This document shows positions 48,391 to 59,687 of a stretch of 64,000 nt of DNA, piece by piece; position 1 is the first letter of the stretch; the number at the start of each line of letters is the position of its first letter. The stretch comes from Candidatus Heimdallarchaeum aukensis (GTDB lineage: Archaea; Asgardarchaeota; Heimdallarchaeia; Heimdallarchaeales; Heimdallarchaeaceae): assembly GCA_021513695.1 (NCBI GenBank), contig CP084166.1, positions 3,017,794-3,081,793 on the forward strand. The letters run 5' to 3'. Below the pieces are notes generated by a model that was not told the origin of the DNA, ran no database searches, and worked only from the letters and a program-made list of their open reading frames with translations. Made by a program: the position numbers and the translations under genes.

Positions 48391-49741
48391 TAACTTTGAG
48401 ATTTTCGATTAACATCCAAGGAGCTATTTGTCCTTTTCTGTTCTCTATTTCTTTTGAGAAATAAGTTATACTGTTCAGCAACTCAAAGATATTTCCGCCA
48501 ATTACTGCATTTTTTACAGGGTGGACAATTTCTCCATCTTTCACATAAAATCCTTGATTTATTTGAGAAGAAATTGTTGGGCTATCTCCACTTGGATGAA
48601 TACTTGAGCCTAGTAGGAAAATTCCCTCTTTCAACTCTTCGAGGAGAGAATCTTTACTTATCTCTCCTTCTTTTATTTGAAGGGCGTAAACTGAGGGAAC
48701 AGGTCTTGAAGAAAATGTTCCTCTTGATGCATGACCTGTATTTTCTAATCCTACGAGTGGAGCGGTGTAAGAGTCTGTAACATATGTTTGAAGTATTCCA
48801 TCTTTTACTAGAACTGTTTTTTCTTGAGGAACTACTCCTTCGTCATCGAATCTAGTAGAGTTTGTTCCTCCTGGATAGAAGGGGTCATCGATAATAGTCA
48901 ATTTTTCAGTGGCAATTTTGTCTCCTATTTTGTCTATGAAGAATGAGGTTTTATTAATAACATTGAAAGCATTTACTCCTTGAGCAATAATAGAACCTAA
49001 CGTTCCGTAAGTGCTTTCAGGGTCTAAAAGTATGGGTAAGCTTTTTGTTTCTATTTTCTTTGCACCTAACATCTTTTTTGCTCTAATGCCTGCTTCTTTA
49101 CCAATTTTTAGATAATCAAATTGCTTGAGAGTATTAGAGCTGTCATAATAATAAGCTACTCCTAAGTCATCTTCTTTCTCAATTTTTACTGAAAGATAAC
49201 CTGAGATGGATGTAGCTTTGCACCATCTTTCAATTCCTTGAGAGTTTAGAATCAATCTTTCTAATTTACCTAGTCCATAGTTTCCTCCAATAATAACATC
49301 TTTTTCTATTTTTCCTTCTTCTACAGATTGAAGCATCAAATCTGTAAATTCTTCAACTGATAGGTTTTCTACTGCTTCATCGTATAAATCTTTAATATCT
49401 GGTATTGGTCTATCATCTGAAGGGAGAGATTGAAATTTAGGGTCAGGTTGACTGATTTTTGATAAAGAAAAAGCGTTTTTAACAGTTTTTTCGATGTTTT
49501 CTTTTGTGAATATAGTTGTTGAACTCATACCTACTGCTTTGTTCTTAAAAATCCTAACACCTATTCCAGAACCAGAAGTTTCAGAAAATCGAGAAATGGC
49601 TGATTTCTCTAGTTGTACTGTTCTACTAAATCCCTTTACTGCATATATTTCAATCTCTTCTGCTCCTAAACTAAGTCCATAATCGAGAGCATGTTTTGCT
49701 AGATCAAAAAATTCGTTATTCATCTTACTTTCCTCCAACAA
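48377..49741 (-). CDS. pmbA: TldD/PmbA-family protein (PmbA/TldE-like partner)
   Basis: 454 aa. TldD/PmbA fold without an intact HExxxH. Overlaps the tldD stop. The start could instead be the downstream Met at 49723. Confidence 0.7.
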   Translation of the reverse strand: MLEESKMNNEFFDLAKHALDYGLSLGAEEIEIYAVKGFSRTVQLEKSAISRFSETSGSGIGVRIFKNKAVGMSSTTIFTKENIEKTVKNAFSLSKISQPDPKFQSLPSDDRPIPDIKDLYDEAVENLSVEEFTDLMLQSVEEGKIEKDVIIGGNYGLGKLERLILNSQGIERWCKATSISGYLSVKIEKEDDLGVAYYYDSSNTLKQFDYLKIGKEAGIRAKKMLGAKKIETKSLPILLDPESTYGTLGSIIAQGVNAFNVINKTSFFIDKIGDKIATEKLTIIDDPFYPGGTNSTRFDDEGVVPQEKTVLVKDGILQTYVTDSYTAPLVGLENTGHASRGTFSSRPVPSVYALQIKEGEISKDSLLEELKEGIFLLGSSIHPSGDSPTISSQINQGFYVKDGEIVHPVKNAVIGGNIFELLNSITYFSKEIENRKGQIAPWMLIENLKVSGGK

Positions 49742-51122
49742 CTAAATTAGAGACACCAATATTTGGTCCTCCTCCTGTAACAGGAACCCATTGTCCACCT
49801 TTTCCACAAGTTCCAAGAAAAGCAGGTTTCCATTCTTTACTTATTCCATACGCATTATTCAAAACTTCTAAAGTCATTCCTGACATACCTACATTGCCAA
49901 AAAGTTCTCCTATCTCTCCATTTTCTATAATGTATCCATATTGACAAGTAAAGTAAAATTGTCCTTTAGTTGGATGAACATATCCACCATAAGAGTTCTT
50001 GAGGTATACTCCTTCTTTAGTCATTTCAGCTATTTCTTCTAAAGAAAGATCTCCAGAATCAACATAGGTATTTGCCATTCTCGGAATTGGTATAGAGTTG
50101 AAATCTTGAGCTCTTCCTGCTCCATTGGGTTTCATCTCCATCATTGTAGCAGTTTCTAATGTTTGGAAATATTCCTTCAAAATCCCTTTTTCTACAATTG
50201 TCCTTTTTTCAGATTTTGTTCCTTCTGAATCAAATACAAATGATCCTCTTAACCCTGGAATTGTAGGGTCATCATAAACACTTATTCCCTCAACACCTAT
50301 TCTTTCGCCTATTTTACCTTCTAAAACAGAATTTTTGGCAAACACACCATCAGCTTCTGCTGCATGACCAAAAGCTTCGTGAATGAATACTCCTACTAGT
50401 GATTCATCCATAATGACATTCATTTTACCACTTGGGGGGCTACGGGCGTCAAGCAATTTTTCTGCTTGTTCTGCACTTTTTCTCCCTTCTTCTTCGGGGT
50501 CCCAAGTCTCAAGTAGTTCCCATCCTCCTGTTCCTCCTATACTATCAAAAACACTTTGCATCTTTTCTCCTCTACGTGCTACAACGTCTTTCATTAGCCT
50601 TATAACATGATACTCGTTTTCAACGTTGGTTCCTTTGTTATTAACAATATATTCTACCTTGTGCATCTCTTGATAGGTTGAAGAAGCTTGAGCTATGTTA
50701 TCTGAGAACTCTCTAGCCGATTTTTCTATAATCTTTATTTTTTCTAATTTCATCTCTTTATCAAGTTCTCGAGGGTCGATCTTAATTTCTGTTGCTCCTT
50801 TTCCCTCAAAAACCCATTCATCTGAAATTCTTCTTTCTTCCTTTGCATATTTAGAAGCTATCTTAGCCATACTAATGGCTTTTTTAACACTTTTCAGAAT
50901 ATCTTCAGTCTCTAATGATACAGTGGTAGTAAATCCCCAAGCGTTGTCAATTAGAGCTCGAACAGCAATTCCTCCAGAAGTACGATTTGAGATTGTATCG
51001 AATCTACCATTTCGTACTGAAAAAGTCTCACTTTCACTTTGTGCATATCTGATATCTACAAAATCCTTACTTGAAAGTTCGACTTTATTTATGATTGCGT
51101 TTAATTTATCTAACATAATCAT
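49725..51122 (-). CDS. tldD: TldD metalloprotease
   Basis: HEAFGHAAEAD (HExxxH) motif and a GxC glycine/cysteine-rich C-terminus. Start chosen at the internal MIMLDKL, which matches the family N-terminus. The ORF is open to 51236. Confidence 0.8.
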   Translation of the reverse strand: MIMLDKLNAIINKVELSSKDFVDIRYAQSESETFSVRNGRFDTISNRTSGGIAVRALIDNAWGFTTTVSLETEDILKSVKKAISMAKIASKYAKEERRISDEWVFEGKGATEIKIDPRELDKEMKLEKIKIIEKSAREFSDNIAQASSTYQEMHKVEYIVNNKGTNVENEYHVIRLMKDVVARRGEKMQSVFDSIGGTGGWELLETWDPEEEGRKSAEQAEKLLDARSPPSGKMNVIMDESLVGVFIHEAFGHAAEADGVFAKNSVLEGKIGERIGVEGISVYDDPTIPGLRGSFVFDSEGTKSEKRTIVEKGILKEYFQTLETATMMEMKPNGAGRAQDFNSIPIPRMANTYVDSGDLSLEEIAEMTKEGVYLKNSYGGYVHPTKGQFYFTCQYGYIIENGEIGELFGNVGMSGMTLEVLNNAYGISKEWKPAFLGTCGKGGQWVPVTGGGPNIGVSNLVVGGK

Positions 51123-51272
51123 AGTCCGAGAAAAAAAAAGAATTAAAAATGTATTCATATCTCTATTTTTAAATTGTTTAAATTCAATTGCGTCTAGAAC
51201 GGTTTTTTTGAAAGAAAAACTTCTTAGACTATCCAAAAAATAATAAAGAAAGAAGATTCTTGTTAATTAGGA

Positions 51273-52124
51273 ATGATTCATTTAGTAGCTTTTCAGAATC
51301 TTGACAGTGGTATAGGTTATCCTATTTACAGCGACGATACAATAAATGTCAGTTTAGAATTAATCTTTCCCATGATTAGTGCTTTGAACAACTTTGTAGA
51401 AGAATGTACAAATGATGAACGAGGATTAGTCAATGCTGCTCTAGAAGATGTAAAGATTTTTTTGTATGCCCCTGAAGGCGAAGAGAACCCACTGAGATAT
51501 GTTTTTTTTACAGATATATTCGATGATAATCTCTATTTAAGTTATAAGGCAGTAGAAATACACAAACATCTTTCTCCTTATATAAAATATGATTATTTTT
51601 CAATACCTGAGGAAAAAGCAAAGAAAATCACAGAAATTATCACCTTTACGCACGAATTCCCTAGAAAAGAATTATCCAATTATTTCTTGAGTGAGGTAGA
51701 GAATAAGATAAAGAGTTATGAGAAAAATAAAGAAGTCTTCTTTGGAGATCTCTTTATTGGAGATCTGGACCAAGGGATTGTTTTGTCTTTCTTTGAGAAT
51801 GATGAAATTAAAGAGAAACCGAGTAAAGAGTTGTTTTCAGAATTAATTCAAACTTTCACCTTTCTTGAAAACGATTTATGGGCAAATTCTTCTATTAACG
51901 AAATAGAAAAAGATAAGCTTTCTAAATATGTAGAAAACCCTGATAAATTCAGAGAAGGCTGGTTTCTTTCTCAACTTGCTAGTTATAATAAGAGTGACTT
52001 TTGGTTAGTAGGTTATTTTGTCTACAGGACTGATATGGAACAAGAAGTAAAGGAGTTCTTATATTCACTATCAGAAAAAATTACTTCTATTATTTCTCCT
52101 TTTATAACCAAAAGAAAATTCTAA
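51273..52124 (+). CDS. hypothetical protein
   Basis: 283-aa ORF immediately upstream of lonB. No family recognised. Confidence 0.35.
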   Translation: MIHLVAFQNLDSGIGYPIYSDDTINVSLELIFPMISALNNFVEECTNDERGLVNAALEDVKIFLYAPEGEENPLRYVFFTDIFDDNLYLSYKAVEIHKHLSPYIKYDYFSIPEEKAKKITEIITFTHEFPRKELSNYFLSEVENKIKSYEKNKEVFFGDLFIGDLDQGIVLSFFENDEIKEKPSKELFSELIQTFTFLENDLWANSSINEIEKDKLSKYVENPDKFREGWFLSQLASYNKSDFWLVGYFVYRTDMEQEVKEFLYSLSEKITSIISPFITKRKF

Positions 52125-52254
52125 ATGGATTTTTTTATTCCAATTATTTCATTTTTGTTCAAAAATAAAATGCTGTAAAACAATTATCTTTATTAATTCT
52201 TATATTTAGAGTGAATTATAGAGGTAAAGGTACTATTATTTTAAGTGAAGAATA

Positions 52255-55200
52255 ATGACTAAAGATAGAAAAGAGACCGACATTTCTAAATTCAATAATG
52301 ATGATACAAAAAATAAAAGTGGAAAGGAGCAAGTATTAGAAAAAGAAGAACCTCTTTTAGATATTTCATTCAATGATACTTCAGAAATATCTGTTCCTCC
52401 GAGACTAATTGATCAAGTGATAGGTCAAGATGAAGCTGTTGAAATAATAAAAAAGGCTGCTTTGCAAAAAAGGCATGTCATGCTCATTGGGGATCCTGGA
52501 ACAGGAAAGAGTATGTTAGGTCAAGCAATGGCAGAGCTTTTACCCAAAGAAGATCTTGTAGATATTCTTTGTTTACCTAATCCTAAATACCCAAATCAAC
52601 CTAGAATTGCTACTCTTCCAGCAGGGCATGGAACAAGAAAAGTTCAGATGGATACAGAGTTGGCTCGAAAGAAGGGTAATAAGAGATTTGTGGTTTCTTT
52701 ATTCATTTTAATTGCTATAATTGGTTACGCTATTATTGCTACATCCTCTAGACCTGATTTACAACCTCAAACTCTTTTAATGGCAATGTTTGTAGGGTTC
52801 TTCATATTCTTCATGCTCAATCAATCCAGATCAAGACCAGAAGCACTAATACCAAAATTATTAGTTGATAATAGTAATAGCAAAAGAGCACCATTCAATG
52901 ATGCAACAGGAAGCCACGCAGGAGCCTTACTTGGCGATGTACGTCACGATCCGTTTCAAAGCTTTTTAAGCGGAAATATTAAGATTTTTGAAGGAAATGG
53001 TCTGACTGAAGTCAACATTAAGGAATATGCAGATAAGCTATTTGAAAAGTATAGCAACAGGATTGTAAAAGACAAATCCAACAATTATGAAGCCATTTTT
53101 CTAGAAAAACCTATTAGAGTGATTGGTGAAGAAAAAGGACAATTAATTTCTGCTGATGTTTTATCTGTTAATAGGTATGAATATAGTGATTATGCAGTAG
53201 AAATAGAGATAGAAAATGGCAAAAAAGTAGCTGTTACACCTGAACATCGGATATTCGTACAAAATGAGAACGGATATATGATCGAAAAACCTGCAATGAA
53301 ATTAAAAAAAGGAGAAAGAATAGTGTCTATTGATAATGAGATTATTATTGATGGAGAAGATATTGCATCTACATTTGGCGAAAATGATCTAAAACAGTAT
53401 CTTCTCTATAAAAGATTTTTAGAAGTTAGAAAACTTCATCCTACGTGGGGATATAAGCGAATTTCCAAGTTTTTAGGAGAAAAAAGCAGTAAAACAAGAT
53501 GGTGGTATGAAGAAAAGCATATACCTAAAGCTCAAAGAACTATAAATTGGCTTGAAAATAAAGGATTACTTCCATTAAAAATTAGTAATTCTAAATTACT
53601 TTTGATTGCCAAAGTTTTGGGTGCTTTATTTGGTGATGGAGGAATATTTGAAAACTTAAATGGCATATTTTTATCAAGTTCAGAATTAGAATCTGTCAAG
53701 GAATTTCAATCCGACATTGAGAAAATTTTTGATTTAGATGAAAATGAGTTTGGAAGGATTATTGAAGGTGGTGAAAAAGGTCATTCTTGGTGCTACCAAA
53801 ACACTAACCGAGCCATAGTTAGATTTTTTTTGGCACTTGGTGCTCCAAAGGGTAAAAAAACTGAACAACCTTTGTATGTTCCAGCTTGGATTTATACTGA
53901 TGATGCAGTTGAAGAAGAGTTCTTTAGTTCATTTTTAGGAAGTGAGATAGGAGTACCCAAGGTACACATTTCTGGTATAAGGCTACAAACATTTGATCTA
54001 GCAATCACTGGAAAAAAAGAACTGTCTAAGAACAGACTAGAATTTTTGAATCAAGTTATACAATTCTTGGAAAAAAGGGGCGTAAAATGCAATAATGTAC
54101 GAGTCTACGATACTCCCAACAAGAGGTATTACAAATACAGATTATTCATATCTACACAATTTTCAAATGTGTATCAGTTTTCTAAAGAAATTAAATTAAA
54201 TTACTGTCGGTATAAAGGTGAAAAATTAAGCAAAACCATCAATGCTTTTGGAAAGATAAAAAAACAGCGTTATGAAGCGTTAATTGATAAAGGTTATAGT
54301 GCTGAAAAAGCGATGAACAAACTTAAATTAAGCCAGAGAGGATTATATATTATACTTTCGGAGGAATGGTAACTATGAGGTTTAAAACAGAAAAAATAGA
54401 GAACATTAAAATTAAAAAAGTTAAGGAAAAGGCTTACAATTTTACAACTACTACAGGTAATCTTATAGTCTCTGATATTCTCTGTTCTAACTCTGGTGGG
54501 TTAGGAACTCCTCCTCATGAAAGAGTAGAAGCTGGATTAATTCATAAATCTCATAATGGTGTATTATATATTGATGAGATTGGTACTTTAAAGATACAAA
54601 CCCAACAAAAACTTCTTACAGCAATGCAAGATGGAAAGCTATCAATTACTGGTCAATCAGAGTTAAGTTCTGGTGCAATGGTTCGTTCTGAGCCTGTTCC
54701 TTGTAGATTTGTTTTAGTCGCTGCAGGAAATATTGAAACTACACGTAATATGCATCCAGCTCTTCGCTCTCGTATTCAAGGTTCTGGTTATGAAATTTAT
54801 ATGAAAGACACTATGCCAGACACAATTCAAAATAGACGTAAATTAGCACGTTTTGTAGCTCAAGAAGTATCTAAAGATAAAAAGATTCCTCATTTTAGTA
54901 AAGAAGCTGTAGAAGAAATCATTTATGAAGCACAGAGAAGAGCAGACAGAAAGGGTTACTTAACTCTTCGTCTTCGAGAACTTGGAGGATTAATTCGTGC
55001 TGCTGGAGATCTAGCTAAAGAGAGAAAAGAGGAAATAGTTTCTGCTGAAACTGTAAGATTAGCAAAAACCTTCGCTAGAACTTTAGAGAACCAAATAAGC
55101 GATAGTTACGCTGATCAAAGAAAACAATATAAGATAATAGAAATAGAGGGAGAGAGAGTGGGAAGAGTAAATGGACTGGCAGTAATTAACCAACGTTCTG

Positions 55201-55757
55201 GAATAGTAATGCCAATAGAAGCAGAAGTTGTTCCTGCATTTAGTCAAAGAGAAGGAAAAATTGTGGCAACAGGGCAACTAAGAATAATAGCTAGAGAAGC
55301 AGTTCAAAATGTTTCTGCTATTCTAAAGAAATTTATAGGAAAAGATATCTCAAACTTTGATTATCACATTCAATTTGTAGGTGCATATAGTGGAGTAGAA
55401 GGAGATTCTGCATCCATTTCGATAGCTACTGCAGTTATTTCAGCTTCTGAAAAAGTTCCCGTTAGACAAGATACAGCAATGACTGGAAGTCTAACAGTCA
55501 GAGGAGTCGTAATCCCAGTTGGTGGAGTAACAAGTAAAATTGAGGCCGCGGCAGAAGCTGGAATAAAAAGAGTGATTATACCCAAACAGAATTTGGGTGA
55601 CGTAAAAGTTGAGAAAAAATACGCAGATAAAGTCGAGATTATCCCCGTGGAACATTTTAGCGAAGTTCTTAGAGCTGCTTTTCCCCCAGAATATGAATAT
55701 GTCGCTAAAAAATATGAAACTTTGAATAAAGAAAAGCCAATCAATGGTTTAAATTAA
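52255..55757 (+). CDS. lonB: archaeal membrane-bound Lon protease (LonB) interrupted by an intein; the reading frame is broken by an apparent -1 frameshift inside the intein
   Basis: N-extein: Walker A GDPGTGKS, two TM helices, and ...[14 protein letters not shown]-extein: [15 protein letters not shown], Walker B VLYIDEI, and the protease Ser in GDSASIS. The two ORFs (52255..54372 and 54366..55757) overlap in different frames. Confidence 0.7.
52960..54491 (+). other. LonB intein with a LAGLIDADG homing-endonuclease domain (1532 nt, not a multiple of 3)
   Basis: Begins with Ser (SFLSGNIKI, block A-like). Block [18 protein letters not shown]-type motif [14 protein letters not shown]. The C-terminal splicing block [20 protein letters not shown] is followed by the extein SGG. 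The frame shifts between 54327 and 54372. Confidence 0.7.
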
Positions 55758-55760
55758 CCT

Positions 55761-56090
55761 GTGAGGAAAATGAGTTCTGCGGGTTACTTTTTTTATTTAT
55801 GTTCTATCACAGTAAAGCCAAATGATGAAGAACAGTATGAAGACTTTAATGAATTTGATATGCATTTACATTTGGTGCAAGAAGAGTTAGAAAAGAAAGA
55901 ACCCTCTCGAGACCCCTATTTAGAAACAACTTTTTTTCTCCCCGATTGGGTAGAGATGAATTTTAAGTTCAAAAGTTCTTACAAAGATGGTGATGAAGAC
56001 ATCTACATGTATATTGATCTAGTAAAAGAAGAGATTGAAAGTGACCTCAATGTTACAATTGTAGATTTTGGAATCGAAGGTGTTGTCTGA
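55761..56090 (+). CDS. hypothetical acidic protein
   Basis: 109-aa ORF directly after lonB. Confidence 0.3.
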   Translation: MRKMSSAGYFFYLCSITVKPNDEEQYEDFNEFDMHLHLVQEELEKKEPSRDPYLETTFFLPDWVEMNFKFKSSYKDGDEDIYMYIDLVKEEIESDLNVTIVDFGIEGVV

Positions 56091-56144
56091 GTTTTATTTT
56101 TATGTTCAAAAACAAGTAAAAATAAAGAAAACATAGTTTTTGAT

Positions 56145-57176
56145 TTATTTCATAACTATGTATATTTCAGTTTGGCAGTTGTTACATCTACCATCTAAAG
56201 AAATTCTTAATACCTCAGTAGAGGTTGAAGTACGTTTAATTAATAGTTGACCGCATTTTGGACAAGTAGTATTATCTTCAGGATGATCAGGAATTCCATG
56301 GATATAGCAGAAGTTTATTCCTGCTTCTTTCGCCATTTTGAAGGCTTCTTCCATTAACTCTTTGGAAGTGGGTTGTAAATCTTTTACCTTATATGCTGGT
56401 TTTAATCTTACTAGATGTAATGGGATGTCAGGAGAAATTTCAGTAGCAAGAAAATGAGCTAGAGCTCCTGCACTAATATCATCATTTAGGATTTTTTCGT
56501 GGATAACTAGACTGACTTCTAAATGAGTTCCATGTTCATAAATTAGCTTCATAATTTTCTTTATATGTTCGAAATCTCCTCCTCCACAGTTTTTTAAGTA
56601 GTCTTCATCGTTCAATCCTTTAACTTCAATAGCTACAGCATCAACATATTGAAGTATTTCTTTAAAAGGCTCCTCATTGAAATATCCATTTGTTCGGAGT
56701 AAAATCTTCATTTTTTTCTCTTTTGCTATTTTTGCTGTATCCCTGACCCATTCGAAAGATACCAATGGTTCTGAATCACCGAAGACCATAACTCTAGAAC
56801 CTGAAGCAAGACCAAACATAGCTGCTTGTTGTGGAGGATATTTCTTTCCAGAAATCGTCTCTGGTTCTATTTGGGAAAGTTCAGATACAGGGCAGAATGA
56901 ACAATCTAAATTGCAATTATAGGTCATAAATGTTTGAGCTCTTGCACTAGGAAAGAAATGAAGAACATGCTGTTTTTCAATTCTGTCAATCTGCATTTTG
57001 GTAAAACCATAAGTTAGAGAATAAAGTTTTCCTGAAATATTCATTCTTGCTTTACATTTACCTTTTTCTTTATGGGCGAGCTCACATCCAAAAGGACATA
57101 AATCACATTTTACAATTTGTTGCTCTTCATCAACCACATGATAATATTCTGCTTCATGAAGTAATTCAGCGTTCAT
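56145..57176 (-). CDS. AmmeMemoRadiSam-system-type radical SAM enzyme (PFL-activase-like)
   Basis: N-terminal HEAEYY ... C.LCPFGC ... GKCKAR region followed by CNLDCSFC (CxxxCxxC). Paralogue of 62046..63071. Confidence 0.6.
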   Translation of the reverse strand: MNAELLHEAEYYHVVDEEQQIVKCDLCPFGCELAHKEKGKCKARMNISGKLYSLTYGFTKMQIDRIEKQHVLHFFPSARAQTFMTYNCNLDCSFCPVSELSQIEPETISGKKYPPQQAAMFGLASGSRVMVFGDSEPLVSFEWVRDTAKIAKEKKMKILLRTNGYFNEEPFKEILQYVDAVAIEVKGLNDEDYLKNCGGGDFEHIKKIMKLIYEHGTHLEVSLVIHEKILNDDISAGALAHFLATEISPDIPLHLVRLKPAYKVKDLQPTSKELMEEAFKMAKEAGINFCYIHGIPDHPEDNTTCPKCGQLLIKRTSTSTEVLRISLDGRCNNCQTEIYIVMK

Positions 57177-57305
57177 TAAAATCAACAATATTGTTTAATT
57201 TGTTTTGTTTTTTAAATTTTTATATAGATTCGATTGTTGAATTAAGTAATAAGATAAAGAAAAATAAATTTAAAATTTACAAATACTAAGTTATAAAGAA
57301 GTAAA

Positions 57306-58436
57306 GTGTTTCTACGAAAAGATGCAGTTGAAGTTTGGTCACATACAGAACTAGACGAACGTCTGATAAAGTATCAACAAGTTTTCAAGAAAAGAATATT
57401 GCCAAGGTACATTCTGGCAAAAAATTTCAAAGTAGAGTTTGATGTTAATAGCTCAATTACTGAGTTACTTGAACTTCACAACGAAAAAGGTGAAGAATTT
57501 AGACTCTTTGTTTCTGAAAACCAAGAAAAAACTCCAGAAGAGTTCTATAGTTCTAATAAAAACAAACAAGTAGAGAAATCAGGACAGAACTACTTAAGAT
57601 TAAAAATTGAAATATTGAAAAAAATAATAAAAAACTGTGAATTTTGCGAAAATAAATGCCACGTAGATAGAACGAAAGGAGAGTTGGGAAGGTGCAAGGT
57701 AGATGACAAAGCTTATGTTGCAAGCGCTTTCACTCATTTAGGGGAAGAATCTCCGATTGTTCCTTCTGGGACTATTTTCTTTTATGGTTGTACAATGAAA
57801 TGCGTTTTTTGTCAAAATTACGATATAAGTCAAGAATATTCTCTTAATAGTTTCAGAGGAAGAGAAACATCTCCATATGGTCTCTCACTAATAATTAGTG
57901 ATATGGTAAAACAAAAAGTTCGAAATATTAATTTTGTAGGTGGAGAACCAACTCCAAATCTCCATATTATTTTAGAAGCAATGGAATTGTCTACAGAGAT
58001 AATACCAATGTTATGGAACAGTAATATGTATTTAAGTGAAAAAGTGATGAAGATAATCGTAGATATCTTTGATATATGGTTACCAGACATGAAGTATGGT
58101 AATAACAAATGCGCAGAGAAATATTCTAAAGTTCAAAATTATTGGCCAACTCTTAAAAGAAATATGAAAATGATTGAAAGTTTAGGAAGTGGAGAATACA
58201 TAATCAGACATCTTGTTATGCCTAACCATTTAGAATGTTGCTCTTTTCCAATACTTCAATGGATTAAAGAAAACTTGAAAACATCGCTTGTAAATATTAT
58301 GGGACAATATCGACCAATGTACAAAGTGGGTATAGGTAAGTATGAAGAAATAAACAGAAGACCTGTTTCAGTAGAGATGAGACAAGTTAAGGATTATGCA
58401 GATAATCTTGGTTTAAGATGGAGATCAGTATCTTAA
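57306..58436 (+). CDS. radical SAM protein, PflX-like (COG1313-type)
   Basis: An N-terminal Cys cluster (CEFCENKCH, CK) is followed by CTMKCVFC (CxxxCxxC). Length 376 aa. Confidence 0.55.
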   Translation: MFLRKDAVEVWSHTELDERLIKYQQVFKKRILPRYILAKNFKVEFDVNSSITELLELHNEKGEEFRLFVSENQEKTPEEFYSSNKNKQVEKSGQNYLRLKIEILKKIIKNCEFCENKCHVDRTKGELGRCKVDDKAYVASAFTHLGEESPIVPSGTIFFYGCTMKCVFCQNYDISQEYSLNSFRGRETSPYGLSLIISDMVKQKVRNINFVGGEPTPNLHIILEAMELSTEIIPMLWNSNMYLSEKVMKIIVDIFDIWLPDMKYGNNKCAEKYSKVQNYWPTLKRNMKMIESLGSGEYIIRHLVMPNHLECCSFPILQWIKENLKTSLVNIMGQYRPMYKVGIGKYEEINRRPVSVEMRQVKDYADNLGLRWRSVS

Positions 58437-58463
58437 AAACTATAAAAAAAGAGATAATTTAGA

Positions 58464-59213
58464 TTATTCAAGTTTTTTCGAAGCCTTTCTCCACAAGTGT
58501 TTTGTAAAAGCCTCTGCATACTCTGCATCACATAATCTTCCAAATAATTTCATTGAGGATATTTTATAATCTCTTACAGCCCAGACACCGTACGCTCCTT
58601 CATAAAAATCAAAGAATTTCATTATTTTATCATATTGCTTTGTGACATCAACGAACCAAGTTGAAGGTAAAACTACATTATCAGCGTGAAAAGGTGTGTA
58701 TAGACTTATCCTTCTTCTATAAGGAGGATATTGGTCTTCTTCGTTTCTATATCTTGCATAAGAAATCGCATCTAAAACAATGGAATGAGTGTATCTATGA
58801 TCAGGGTGTCCAACACCAATTTGTACAGATTGTCCCCATGTGATAATGACGTCAGGTTGGTGTTTTTTTATGAAGTTTGCAACTTTTTTAGCATTCTCAA
58901 TACTAGGAAAAACAGAAGAATCTGGTATATCAAAAAAATGATATTTTAGCCCAAGTTCATTTTCGATTTTTTTAGCTTGTTTTTCTCTGATTTTAGCAAT
59001 TTCTTCTTTAGTCCCACTAAAACTAGAAGCATTTTCTCCACGAGTTAGAAGTAAAATATCAACATTGTCACCCTCTTCAATGTGATTAAGAAGAGTACCT
59101 ATTGCTCCAACTTCGTCATCAGGGTGAGCAAAAATTGCTAACACATTGAGTTTATTAATATCTTCCATATGAAAACAAAAGAAACTCTTAATATAAAATG
59201 TATGTTCTTTCAA
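58464..59213 (-). CDS. PIG-L/LmbE-family N-acetylglucosaminyl deacetylase
   Basis: LAIFAHPDDEVGAIGTLL motif, length 249 aa. Confidence 0.75.
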   Translation of the reverse strand: MKEHTFYIKSFFCFHMEDINKLNVLAIFAHPDDEVGAIGTLLNHIEEGDNVDILLLTRGENASSFSGTKEEIAKIREKQAKKIENELGLKYHFFDIPDSSVFPSIENAKKVANFIKKHQPDVIITWGQSVQIGVGHPDHRYTHSIVLDAISYARYRNEEDQYPPYRRRISLYTPFHADNVVLPSTWFVDVTKQYDKIMKFFDFYEGAYGVWAVRDYKISSMKLFGRLCDAEYAEAFTKHLWRKASKKLE

Positions 59214-59309
59214 AAATAGCTATAAAGTTCCTAAACTATCTTTTACCTATTTTCTCTCTATTTTTACATAAAGAAAAATTTATATATGAACAATTGAACA
59301 ATCGTTCAT

Positions 59310-59687
59310 ATGAACGAAACTCCCATTTGTGAAATAGAATCTGTGAATCAGGAAGCAATTGAATATGTAACGAAACAACTCTGTTCTGATGAGGAAATCT
59401 ATAGATTTACTGAACTGTTTAAAGTTTTATCTACACCTAGTAGACTGAAAATCCTTTTTGCTCTTCAACATCATGAGCTCTGTGTATGTGATTTAGCTAT
59501 TGTTCTAAATACTACAACTTCTGCTGTTTCACACCAACTAAGAATCTTAAGACAAAATGATCTTGTTAAATTTAGGAAAGACGGAAAAAATGTCTATTAT
59601 TCTTTGGTCAATAAGAGCTTTGTTGAATCTATACTGAATAACCATGAATGGTTTGGTTTAGAACATTCTTTTTGTACAGGTGAATAA
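59310..59687 (+). CDS. ArsR/SmtB-family metalloregulatory repressor
   Basis: HTH LCVCDLAIVLNTTTSAVSHQLRILRQNDLV with a CVC metal site. Overlaps the start of the downstream P-type ATPase. Confidence 0.8.
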   Translation: MNETPICEIESVNQEAIEYVTKQLCSDEEIYRFTELFKVLSTPSRLKILFALQHHELCVCDLAIVLNTTTSAVSHQLRILRQNDLVKFRKDGKNVYYSLVNKSFVESILNNHEWFGLEHSFCTGE

